Below are positions 1-7,853 of a stretch of 16,626 nucleotides of DNA, in pieces. Under the pieces are notes generated by a model that was given only the letters and a program-made list of their open reading frames with translations, was not told the DNA's origin and made no database searches. The translations under genes and the position numbers were made by a program. Numbering within the stretch: the stretch's first letter is position 1; each line of letters begins with the position of its first letter. The stretch is from positions 1 to 16,626 of the forward strand of contig JAVKIH010000039.1 in NCBI GenBank assembly GCA_031459625.1, given 5' to 3'. The stretch comes from Candidatus Geohabitans tengchongensis. GTDB lineage: Bacteria > Sysuimicrobiota > Sysuimicrobiia > Sysuimicrobiales > Humicultoraceae.

Positions 1-747
1 GTTGTAGGAGTGCATGGCGGTCGTGTGGCTGGCCGTCACCCGTCCCTGCAGGCCCAGGCGGATCGTCTCCGCCGCCACGACCTCCAGGAAGCGGCTCTGG
101 TCGTCATCGGTCTCGTCGCAGTGGAGGTCGGCCGGGCGGTCGTACTCCGCGGCCAGGCGCAGGGCCGTCTTCACGTCGCGCTCGCCGTACTCGCGCGTCC
201 ACTCGTAGTGGGGGATGCCGCCCACGACGTCGGCGCCCATCTCCAGGGCCTGGACCAGCAGCCGCTCCCCGTCGGGGAACGAGTAGATTCCCTGTTGCGG
301 GAAGGCCACGAGCTGCAGGGTGATGCGGTCCGCCACCTCCTCGCGGACCTCCAGCAGGGCCCGCAGGGCGGTGAGCTGCGGGTCGCAGATGTCCACGTGG
401 GTGCGCACGCGGGTGACCCCGTGGGCCAGCATCCAGCGCAGCGCCGCCAGCGCCCGCGTCCGCACGTCCTCCTCGGTGAGGGTCCGCACCCGCTCCGCCC
501 AGATCTCGATCCCCTCGAAGAGCGAGCCGCTGCGGTTGTGCCGGGGCTGGCCCACCGTGAGGGCGGCGTCCAGGTGGATGTGCGTCTCCACCAGGCCGGG
601 GGTGACCAGGTTGCCCTCCGCGTCCAGCTCGCGGGCGGCGCGCTGCGGCAGGTGGGGCTCGATGGCGGCGATGCGCCCGTCCTGGACGGCGATGTCGCAG
701 AGCCCCTCGCGGCCCGGGATGGCGGCGTGGCGGACGATGAGGTCCAT
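1..747 (-). CDS. codA: Cytosine deaminase (amidohydrolase superfamily), N-terminal 249 codons; gene continues past the left edge
   Basis: Manual translation from ATG at 747: MDLIVRHAAIPGREGLCDIAVQDGRIAAIE...PGLVETHIHLDAAL...NRSGSLFEGIEIW...GVTRVRTHVD...LQLVAFPQQG...GADVVGGIPHYEWTREYG...DLHCDETDDDQSRFLE...RVTASHTTAMHSYN. The HxHLD, AFPQ, HCDE and ASHTT motifs match E. coli-type CodA. Not in the ORF track because the stop codon lies outside the window. Confidence 0.93.
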   Translation of the reverse strand, partial: MDLIVRHAAIPGREGLCDIAVQDGRIAAIEPHLPQRAARELDAEGNLVTPGLVETHIHLDAALTVGQPRHNRSGSLFEGIEIWAERVRTLTEEDVRTRALAALRWMLAHGVTRVRTHVDICDPQLTALRALLEVREEVADRITLQLVAFPQQGIYSFPDGERLLVQALEMGADVVGGIPHYEWTREYGERDVKTALRLAAEYDRPADLHCDETDDDQSRFLEVVAAETIRLGLQGRVTASHTTAMHSYN

Positions 748-786
748 GCCGGAGGCGTTCACCCGCAGGACGACACTGGGTGATTC

Positions 787-876
787 GCGTCCGTGACCGG
801 CCCTCCTGCCCGGCGGGCCGTTTCCGTGGCGCGGGACGGCCTGCAGCGCGCCACGGGACGGCCCCGGTCGCGGCGC
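787..876. repeat. Long imperfect inverted repeat filling most of the codA/ABC intergenic region
   Basis: 815-833 GGGCCGTTTCCGTGGCGCG pairs with 847-864 CGCGCCACGGGACGGCCC (18 pairs, one bulge, one G-U). An outer stem pairs 791-800 CCGTGACCGG with 864-873 CCGGTCGCGG. Confidence 0.7.
831..866 (+). ncRNA. Candidate guanidine-II (mini-ykkC)-like twin-hairpin element
   Basis: GCGGG-ACGG-CCUGC (831-844), a 10-nt linker, then GGG-ACGG-CCC (855-864). Both loops fit the G-ACGR-C consensus. The motif is short, the DNA is GC-rich, and a longer competing hairpin exists. Confidence 0.3.
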
Positions 877-880
877 AGGG

Positions 881-2575
881 ATGGACGGGGCGTGCGGCCA
901 ACCTCTCAGCGTGCCCCTGCTGGCGATGGAAGGGATCGTCAAGCGCTTCGGCGAGGTGACCGCGCTCGCCGGGGTGGACTTCCGCGCGGAGCGGGGGGAG
1001 ATCCACGGGCTGCTCGGCGAGAACGGCGCCGGCAAGACGACGCTGATGAACGTCCTGAGCGGCCTCTACCGCCCCGACGCCGGGCGCATCCTCCTGGACG
1101 GGCAGCCGGCGGCCATCCGCGAGCCCCGGGACGCCGTGGCCCGCGGGGTCGCCATGGTCCACCAGCACGTGGAGCTGGTGGGCCACTTCACCGCCCTGGA
1201 GAACATCGTCCTGGGGCGGGAAGGCGGGGGGTGGCGGCTCCGCCGGTCGGCCCTGCGCGGGCAGGTGGAGGCGCTGGCGGCGCGCTACGGGCTGGCCGTC
1301 CCGCTCGACGTCCCCGTGGCCCGCCTGGGCGTGGGCGTGCAGCAGAAGGTGGAGATCCTCAAGGCCCTCTACCGCGGCGTGGAGATCCTCATCCTGGACG
1401 AGCCCACCACGCTCCTCACGCCGCAGGAGGTGGAGACCCTCTTCGCCACGCTGGGGGCGCTCACCCGGGGCGGGCTGCTCGTCATCTTCATCACCCACAA
1501 GATCCGCGAGGCGCTGGCGGTGACCGACCGTCTGACGGTCATGCGGCGGGGACGCGTCGTCGCCACGCTGCCCACGGCGGCCGCCGACGAGGGGCGCCTG
1601 GTGGAGCTGATGATCGGCGAGCGCCTGCCCCGCGCCGCCGACGCCACGGTGGCCGCCGCCCTGGGCCTGGCCGGCGAGGAGCCGGCTCCAGAGCGCCATC
1701 CGGCACCGGCACCCGCCCCGGCGCCGGCCCCGCCCGCAGCCCCGGGGCCGACCACGCCACCGCCCTCGGGCGCAGCCACGTCACGGGCCGGGCCGGCGGG
1801 CGCCACGGTTCCCCGGCTGGCGCTGGAAGGGCTGACCGTCGGCGACGAGCGGGGCCGGGCGATGGTGGAGGACGTCTCGCTCGTGGTGCACGCCGGGGAG
1901 ATCGTGGGGGTGGCCGGTGTGGCGGGCAACGGGCAGCGGGAGCTGGTCGAGGCCATCGTCGGGCTGCGGCCCGCCCGCCGGGGGCGCATCCTCCTGGACG
2001 GCAGCCCTATCGAGGCCCTGCCGGGACGGGAGCGTCTGGCGCGCGGGATCGCCTACATCCCCGAGGACCGCCTCGGCGACGGCATCCTGCCGACCCTCAG
2101 CGTGACCGATTCGCTGCTCTTGGGGCTGCACCACCTCCTCTTCCGCGGGGTCCGCCTCGACGCGCGGCGCGCGCGGGCGCTGGCCGAGGAGGTGATCGCC
2201 GAGTACCGCATCGTCTGCCCCGACCCGGCGGTGCGCACCGCCACGCTCTCGGGGGGCAACATCCAGCGCGTGGTGGCCGGCCGGGCCTTCCGCCTGGCCG
2301 CCCTCACCGGCCACCGGCTGCTCGTGGCCATGAACCCCGCCCGCGGTCTCGACGTCCCCGCCACGCGCCTGATCCACGAGCGGCTGCGCGAGGTGCGCGC
2401 GCGCGGCGGAGCGGTCCTCCTCTGCTCCGAGGACCTGGACGAGCTGATGACCCTGGCCGACCGCATCGCCGTCCTGCGCGCGGGCCGCCTGGCCGGTCTG
2501 TTCACCCGGGACGCCTACGACCCCTACGCCATCGGCGCGGCCATGGTGGGTGCCGCGGGCGCAGCCGGCGGATGA
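881..2575 (+). CDS. ABC transporter ATP-binding protein, tandem-NBD CUT2/nucleoside type (NupA/YufO-like); start may be GTG at 911
   Basis: Walker A GENGAGKTT; ILILDEPTT; FITHK; second NBD with GVAGNGQREL, YIPEDR, LSGGNIQR, NPARGLDV and SEDLDELM. Confidence 0.93.
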   Translation: MDGACGQPLSVPLLAMEGIVKRFGEVTALAGVDFRAERGEIHGLLGENGAGKTTLMNVLSGLYRPDAGRILLDGQPAAIREPRDAVARGVAMVHQHVELVGHFTALENIVLGREGGGWRLRRSALRGQVEALAARYGLAVPLDVPVARLGVGVQQKVEILKALYRGVEILILDEPTTLLTPQEVETLFATLGALTRGGLLVIFITHKIREALAVTDRLTVMRRGRVVATLPTAAADEGRLVELMIGERLPRAADATVAAALGLAGEEPAPERHPAPAPAPAPAPPAAPGPTTPPPSGAATSRAGPAGATVPRLALEGLTVGDERGRAMVEDVSLVVHAGEIVGVAGVAGNGQRELVEAIVGLRPARRGRILLDGSPIEALPGRERLARGIAYIPEDRLGDGILPTLSVTDSLLLGLHHLLFRGVRLDARRARALAEEVIAEYRIVCPDPAVRTATLSGGNIQRVVAGRAFRLAALTGHRLLVAMNPARGLDVPATRLIHERLREVRARGGAVLLCSEDLDELMTLADRIAVLRAGRLAGLFTRDAYDPYAIGAAMVGAAGAAGG

Positions 2576-3669
2576 GGGCGGCCCGTCCCCGGACGCTGCG
2601 GCCGGCGCTGGCCGCCGCAGGCGTGTACGCTCTGGCCCTCGCCGTGGCCCTCCTCGTGGGGGCGGCGCTCATCGCCCTGGCGCAGGGGGACGCCGCCACG
2701 GCCTACCGCACGATGTTCCGCACCTCCCTCGGTTCGGCCGCCGGCATCGCCCAGACCCTCAACAAGACGTCGCCCCTGCTGCTGGGCAGTGTGGCCGTCG
2801 TCCTGGGCATGCGCGCCGGCCTCTTCAACGTCGGCGTCGACGGCCAGATCTACCTGGGGGCGATCGCCGCCACGGGCGTGGCGTTTGCGCTGGGGGCGGC
2901 ACCGCGCGCCCTGGCGCTGCCCGTGGTGCTGCTGGCGGGGATCCTCGGCGGGGCGGCACTGGCGGCGGTGCCGGCGGTCCTGCGGGCCGCCGCCGGCGTG
3001 AACGAGATCTTCGTCACGGTGATGCTGAACTTCGTCGCCCTCCTCCTCACCGAGTACCTGGCCACCGGGCCCTGGAACGACCCGATGGCCGGGGAGGCGA
3101 TCAGCCGCCCCATCCCGCCCGGCACCACCCTGCCGATGCTGGCGCCCCGGGCCGGGCTCCACGCCGGCATCGTGCTGGCGGTGGCGGCCGGCCTGCTCGT
3201 GGCCTGGGTGCTGGGGCGCACGGTGCTCGGCTACCAGATCCGCGCGGTGGGCGACAACCCCCGGGCCGCCCGCGCGGCCGGCATCCCCCTGGCCAGGATG
3301 ACGCTCGTGGCCCTGATCACGAGCGGGGCACTGGGCGGGCTGGCGGGAGCCATCGAGGTGAGCGGCTTCCACTACCGGCTGATCCTGGGGCTCTCGCCGG
3401 GGTACGGGGTGATGGCCATCCTGGTGGCGGTGCTGAGCCGCCGCCACGTGCTGGGGGCGATGGCGGCCGCCTTCGGCTTCGCCGTGCTGCTGGTCGGGTC
3501 GGACTCGCTGCAGCGCAGCATCGGCCTGCCCGCCAGTGCGGTTTTCGTCTTCCAGGCGGTGATCCTGCTGGTGGTGCTGCTGGCGGAGGCGGCCCGGCCG
3601 GGCGTGCCGCGGGTCCGCGCGCGCCGGGCCTTCTGGACGCGTCGGGCCCTGGAGGCGCCGCCCTCGTGA
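2572..3669 (+). CDS. ABC transporter permease 1, nucleoside type (NupB/YufP-like), 365 aa
   Basis: ATGA start/stop overlap with the ATPase at 2572-2575. Hydrophobic helices; RAGLFNVGVDGQIYLG, VNEIFVTVMLNF and LGYQIRAVGDNPRAARAAGI motifs. This is the C-terminal part of the track's 793..3669 ORF. Confidence 0.92.
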   Translation: MRAARPRTLRPALAAAGVYALALAVALLVGAALIALAQGDAATAYRTMFRTSLGSAAGIAQTLNKTSPLLLGSVAVVLGMRAGLFNVGVDGQIYLGAIAATGVAFALGAAPRALALPVVLLAGILGGAALAAVPAVLRAAAGVNEIFVTVMLNFVALLLTEYLATGPWNDPMAGEAISRPIPPGTTLPMLAPRAGLHAGIVLAVAAGLLVAWVLGRTVLGYQIRAVGDNPRAARAAGIPLARMTLVALITSGALGGLAGAIEVSGFHYRLILGLSPGYGVMAILVAVLSRRHVLGAMAAAFGFAVLLVGSDSLQRSIGLPASAVFVFQAVILLVVLLAEAARPGVPRVRARRAFWTRRALEAPPS

Positions 3670-3745
3670 GGCGGAGGGCGCGGGTCCGACGGGGCTGTGG
3701 CCGGATGCTCGCCGGCGCGAGGGTGGATGGGAGGAGGCCTCCGGC

Positions 3746-4678
3746 GTGACCACGCTCGTCGACCCCGGCCTGCTGCGGCTGATGGTGACCATGGCCGTCC
3801 CGCTGCTCCTGGCGGCCCTGGGCGAGCTCGTGACCGAGCGCGCCGGCGTCCTCAACGTGGCCATCGAGGGCCAGATGCTGCTGGGGGCCGTGGTCGGCTT
3901 CCTGGGGGTCTTCGCCAGCGGCCACGTGCTGGCGGGGATGGGCCTGGCGATGGCGGCGGGGGCGCTCCTCAGCCTGGTCCTGGCCTGGTACGCCGTCACG
4001 CTGCGCCGCGACCAGATCACGGTGGGGCTCACCCTCTTCGTGCTCTGCGTGGGGCTGGCCTCGCTCCTCTACCGCATCGTCGTGGGGGTGCGCTTCTCCC
4101 CGCCGCACGTCCCGACGCTGCCCGACCTGCCGGTCCCCGGCCTGCAGTCCCTGCCGGTGCTGGGCCCGGTGCTCTTCAGGCAGCACGGGCTCGTCTACCT
4201 GACGCTGCTGCTGGTCCCGGCCCTGACCGTCTTCCTGTTCCACACGCCGGCGGGGTTGCGGCTGCGGGCCCTGGGAGAGAACCCGCGCGCCGCCGACACG
4301 GTGGGCGTGAACGTCTTCGCGGTCCGCTACCTGGCCACGGTGGCCGGCGGGGCGCTGATCGGGCTGGCCGGCGCGGCCCTGCCGCTCACCATCACCGGGG
4401 CCTACACGGAGGGGATGGTGGCCGGGCGCGGGTGGATCGCCCTCATGCTGGTGATCTTCGGGCGCTGGCTGCCGCACGTGGTGCCGCTGGGCGCCCTGCT
4501 CTTCGCCTACGTGGAGGCGCTGCAGTTCCGCCTGGCGCTGGTGACCCGGGCGGTCCCCTCCCAGGGGCTGTTGATGCTGCCCTACCTGCTGGCCATCCTG
4601 GTGTTGGTCCGGGTCTACCGGGGCGCGCAGGCGCCGGCGGCGCTGGCGCGCCCCTATGACCGCGAGGAGCGGACCTGA
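3746..4678 (+). CDS. ABC transporter permease 2, nucleoside type (NupC/YufQ-like)
   Basis: GGAGGAGG Shine-Dalgarno before GTG; GELVTERAGVLNVAIEGQML, GLRLRALGENPRAADTVGVNV, AGRGWIAL..IFGRW and C-terminal PAALARPY motifs. Confidence 0.93.
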   Translation: MTTLVDPGLLRLMVTMAVPLLLAALGELVTERAGVLNVAIEGQMLLGAVVGFLGVFASGHVLAGMGLAMAAGALLSLVLAWYAVTLRRDQITVGLTLFVLCVGLASLLYRIVVGVRFSPPHVPTLPDLPVPGLQSLPVLGPVLFRQHGLVYLTLLLVPALTVFLFHTPAGLRLRALGENPRAADTVGVNVFAVRYLATVAGGALIGLAGAALPLTITGAYTEGMVAGRGWIALMLVIFGRWLPHVVPLGALLFAYVEALQFRLALVTRAVPSQGLLMLPYLLAILVLVRVYRGAQAPAALARPYDREERT

Positions 4679-4683
4679 GGACC

Positions 4684-5868
4684 GTGTTCCCCCTGGAGGA
4701 CCTGCTGGTCGTCGACCTCAGCCGCGCGCTGGCCGGGCCGTACTGCACGCTGATGCTGGCCGACCTGGGCGCGCGCGTCATCAAGGTGGAGACGCCCGAG
4801 GGCGGGGACGACACGCGCGGGTGGGGGCCGCCCTTCCTCGACGGCGAGGCCACCTACTTCCTCAGCGTGAACCGCAACAAGGAGAGCCTCACCCTCAACC
4901 TCAAGGACCCGCGCGGCGCGGAGGTCCTCCACCGGCTGCTGGCCCGCGCCGACGTCCTGGTGGAGAACTTCCGCCCGGGCACGATGGACCGGCTCGGCTT
5001 CGGCTACGCGGCCGTGCACGCCCGGTACCCGCGCCTGGTCTACGCCAGCATCTCCGGCTTCGGCCAGGACGGTCCCTACCGCGAGCGCACCGCCTACGAC
5101 CTGATCCTCCAGGGGATGGGCGGGCTCATGGGCATCACCGGCGAGGAGGGCGGCCCGCCGGTGAAGGTGGGGGTGGCCGTGGCCGACATCTGCGCGGGGA
5201 TGTTCGCGGCCTTCGGCATCCTGGCGGCGCTGCGCGCCCGGGAGCGCACCGGCCGGGGGCAGTGGGTGGACGCGGCGATGCTGGACGGGCAGGTGGCCTG
5301 GATGACCTATCAGGCGGCGGCCTACTTCGCCACGGGAGAAAACCCGCGCCGCCTGGGCTCGGCGCACCCCTCCATCGTGCCCTACCAGGCCTTCCGCACC
5401 GCCGACGGCTACCTCAACCTGGCGGTGGGCAGCGAGGCCATCTGGGAGCGCTTCTGCCAGGCCATCGGGCGCCCGGAGTGGCGGGAGGACCCGCGCTTCC
5501 GCACCAACGCCGACCGGGTGGCGCACCGCGCCGTGCTCGTGCCTTTGCTGGAGGCGCTCTTCGCCACCTGCCCCACCGCCCACTGGCGCGAGCTCCTCGA
5601 CGCCGCCGGGGTGCCGAACGGCCCCATCTACCTGATGAGCGACCTCTTCGCCGACCCGCAGGTGGCGGTGCGGCAGATGGTGGTGGAGGTGGAGCACCCG
5701 CGCATCGGCCGGCTGCGCCAGACCGGAGTGCCGGTGAAGCTCTCCGAGACTCCGGGCGCGGTGCGCCGTCCACCCCCGCTGCTGGGCGAGCACACCGACC
5801 GCATCCTGGCGGAGCTGGGCTACGACGCGGAGGCCATCGCCACCCTGCGCCGGGCGCGGGTGGTCTGA
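4684..5868 (+). CDS. Class III CoA-transferase (CaiB/BaiF/Frc family)
   Basis: DLSRALAGPYCT..LADLGARVIKVE, GDDTRGWGPPF, NRNKES, ENFRPG, SISGFGQDGPY, YDLILQGMGGLM, VADICAG (catalytic Asp position) and PPLLGEHT. Starts 5 nt after the permease stop. Confidence 0.95.
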   Translation: MFPLEDLLVVDLSRALAGPYCTLMLADLGARVIKVETPEGGDDTRGWGPPFLDGEATYFLSVNRNKESLTLNLKDPRGAEVLHRLLARADVLVENFRPGTMDRLGFGYAAVHARYPRLVYASISGFGQDGPYRERTAYDLILQGMGGLMGITGEEGGPPVKVGVAVADICAGMFAAFGILAALRARERTGRGQWVDAAMLDGQVAWMTYQAAAYFATGENPRRLGSAHPSIVPYQAFRTADGYLNLAVGSEAIWERFCQAIGRPEWREDPRFRTNADRVAHRAVLVPLLEALFATCPTAHWRELLDAAGVPNGPIYLMSDLFADPQVAVRQMVVEVEHPRIGRLRQTGVPVKLSETPGAVRRPPPLLGEHTDRILAELGYDAEAIATLRRARVV

Positions 5869-5895
5869 GGGAGGGCGGGCGCGGGTGGTCTGAGG
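5851..5895 (+). repeat. 20-bp exact direct repeat that includes the CoA-transferase stop codon
   Basis: CGGGCGCGGGTGGTCTGAGG at 5851-5870 and 5876-5895 (period 25). Confidence 0.95.
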
Positions 5896-5910
5896 ACGGG
5901 CCGCGCGCGG

Positions 5911-5916
5911 TATCCT
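5911..5916 (+). promoter_or_regulatory. Possible -10 element (TATCCT) for the carboxyltransferase gene
   Basis: TANNNT hexamer in the only AT-enriched patch of the 5869-5982 spacer; no clear -35. Confidence 0.35.
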
Positions 5917-5982
5917 ACTCTCTGGAGCCCGCACCGGCGCGGCGGCGCTGGCGCCCGCGTCGGGTGCGGCCCCTCACCATCG

Positions 5983-7785
5983 ATGGCCGTCGAGACCGCC
6001 ACCACTTGCCCGGGCTGCCGTAGCCCCCTGAGCGGACCGGCGCTGCGGGAGGCGCTCTACGTCTGCCCCTCCTGCCGCACCCACCTGCCCATGCCCGCCC
6101 GGGAGCGCGTGGCCATGCTCGCCGATCCGGGCACCTTCCGCGAGCGCGCCCGGGGCCTGGTCTCCGTCGACCCGCTGGCCTTCGCCGACCAGCGTACCTA
6201 CCGCGACCGCCTCCTGGAGGCGCGGCGGCGCACCGGATTGCGGGAGGCCGTCCTCACCGGCGAGGCCCGTATCGACGGCCTGCCCGTGATGCTCATCTGC
6301 TTCGACTTCGACTTCATGGGCGGGACGATGGGCTCGGTGGTGGGGGAGAAGGTGGCGGACGCCTTCGACCACGCCACGCGCCGCCGCCTGCCGGTGGTGA
6401 GTGTCACCGCCAGCGGCGGGGCCCGCATGCAGGAGGGCATGCTCTCCCTCATGCAGATGGCCAAGACCGCCGTGGCCCGCGCCCGCCACGACCAGGCCGG
6501 ATTGGCCTACCTGTCCGTGCTGGCCCACCCCACCTTCGGCGGCGTGGCCGCCTCCTTTGCCGCTCTGGGCGACGTCCTCATCGCCGAGCCCGGCGCGCTC
6601 GTGGGCTTCGTGGGGCCGCGCGTCATCGAGGCTACGCTGGGGGAGCGGTTGCCCGAGGACTCCCACCGGGCCGAGACCCTCTTCCGCTCGGGGCTGGTGG
6701 ACCTGCTGGTGGACCGTCCCCACCTGCGCGAGCTGGTGGCGTCGCTCGTGCGCCACCTCAGCCCGGCGCGCGCCGAGCGGCCCCCGGCCCGGCGTGAGGG
6801 GCGGCGCCACCGCCCGCCCGCCGTCACGCGCGGCGGCGAGACGCCGTGGGAGGAAGTGCTGCTGGCGCGCCACCCCGACCGGCCGACCACACGGGACTAC
6901 CTCGACCGACTGCTGGTGCGGTTCGTCGAGCTCCACGGCGACCGGCAGTCGGGCGACGACCCCGCCGTCATCGGCGGGGTAGGGGAGCTGGACGGCCAGA
7001 CCGTGGTGGTGGTGGGGCACGAGCGGGGACGCACGCCGGAGGAGCGCGAGGTCCGCCGGCGCGGCATGGCCCTCCCCGAAGGCTACCGCAAGGCCCTGCG
7101 CCTGATGCGGCTGGCGGCCAAGTTCCACCTGCCGCTCCTCACCTTCGTGGACACGCCGGGGGCCTATCCGGGCTACGAGGCGGAGCGGCACGGGGTCTGG
7201 CAGGCCCTGGCCCGGAACCTGCAGGCCATGGCGGTCCTGCCGACGCCCATCGTCAGCGTGGTGATCGGCGAGGGCGGCAGCGGCGGTGCCCTGGCCCTGG
7301 CCGTGGCCGACCGGGTGCTGATGCTGGAGCACGCCATCTACTCGGTGATCTCGCCCGAGGGCGCGGCGGCCATCCTCTACCGGGACCCGGGGCGCGCGGC
7401 GGAGGTGGCGGCCCGCCTGAAGCTCACCGCGCCCGACCTGCTGCGGCTGGGCATCATCGACGTGGTGGTGCCGGAGCCGCCGGGCGGTGCCCAGGCCGCA
7501 CCGGATGCGGCGGCGGCGACGGTACGGGCGCACCTGACGGCGGCGCTGGCCGACCTGCGGCGCCTGCCCGTGCGGCGGCTGCTGCGTGCGCGGCAGCGGC
7601 GCTACCGGGCGATGGGGCAGGTCGGTACCTACTGGCGGGAGGTCGTGCGCACGGAGATGCAGGAGCTGCTCGACGCGGTCGAGTCCCGCCTGCCGCGTCG
7701 CGGCCGCGACGCCCGCGAGACCGAGGTCTCGCCCTCCCCCACCCCCAACGGTCCGGGCACGGGGCGGACGGTCCCTTCCAGCTAA
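5983..7785 (+). CDS. accDA: Fused acetyl/acyl-CoA carboxylase carboxyltransferase beta + alpha subunits (AccD-AccA), 600 aa
   Basis: N-terminal half: Zn finger CPGC...VCPSC, FMGGTMGSVVGEK, SGGARMQEG, PTFGGVAASFA and EPGALVGFVGPRVI (AccD). C-terminal half from about 6841: WEEVLLARHPDRP, ELHGDR..GDDPAVIGG, GMALPEGYRKALR, FVDTPGAYPG, GEGGSGGALAL and YSVISPEGAAAIL (AccA). One uninterrupted frame. Confidence 0.94.
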   Translation: MAVETATTCPGCRSPLSGPALREALYVCPSCRTHLPMPARERVAMLADPGTFRERARGLVSVDPLAFADQRTYRDRLLEARRRTGLREAVLTGEARIDGLPVMLICFDFDFMGGTMGSVVGEKVADAFDHATRRRLPVVSVTASGGARMQEGMLSLMQMAKTAVARARHDQAGLAYLSVLAHPTFGGVAASFAALGDVLIAEPGALVGFVGPRVIEATLGERLPEDSHRAETLFRSGLVDLLVDRPHLRELVASLVRHLSPARAERPPARREGRRHRPPAVTRGGETPWEEVLLARHPDRPTTRDYLDRLLVRFVELHGDRQSGDDPAVIGGVGELDGQTVVVVGHERGRTPEEREVRRRGMALPEGYRKALRLMRLAAKFHLPLLTFVDTPGAYPGYEAERHGVWQALARNLQAMAVLPTPIVSVVIGEGGSGGALALAVADRVLMLEHAIYSVISPEGAAAILYRDPGRAAEVAARLKLTAPDLLRLGIIDVVVPEPPGGAQAAPDAAAATVRAHLTAALADLRRLPVRRLLRARQRRYRAMGQVGTYWREVVRTEMQELLDAVESRLPRRGRDARETEVSPSPTPNGPGTGRTVPSS

Positions 7786-7813
7786 CGCGCCGTCGGCCGG
7801 GTGAGCGACCGCC

Positions 7814-7840
7814 CGCGCCCGGGCCGGCGCCCCGGGCGCG
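7814..7840. terminator. GC-rich hairpin between convergent genes; possible bidirectional terminator or pause site
   Basis: CGCGCCCGGG (7814-7823) and CCCGGGCGCG (7831-7840) form a perfect 10-bp stem with a 7-nt loop. No U-tract on either strand. Confidence 0.5.
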
Positions 7841-7853
7841 CGTCCAGGACAGC

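Noticed and set aside
10..783. 257-aa plus-strand ORF
   Set aside because: Antisense to codA, which has all the expected catalytic motifs.
788..803. CGTGACCGGC resembling the 5' end of a ZTP (pfl) riboswitch
   Set aside because: The remaining conserved elements, including the 3' CGCCTGGG pseudoknot hairpin, are absent.
793..3669. 958-aa ORF suggesting a large N-terminal extension or overlapping gene on permease 1
   Set aside because: The first 593 codons are an Arg/Gly/Pro-rich alternative frame of the ATPase. The permease starts at the ATGA overlap at 2572, and long stop-free frames are expected at this GC content.
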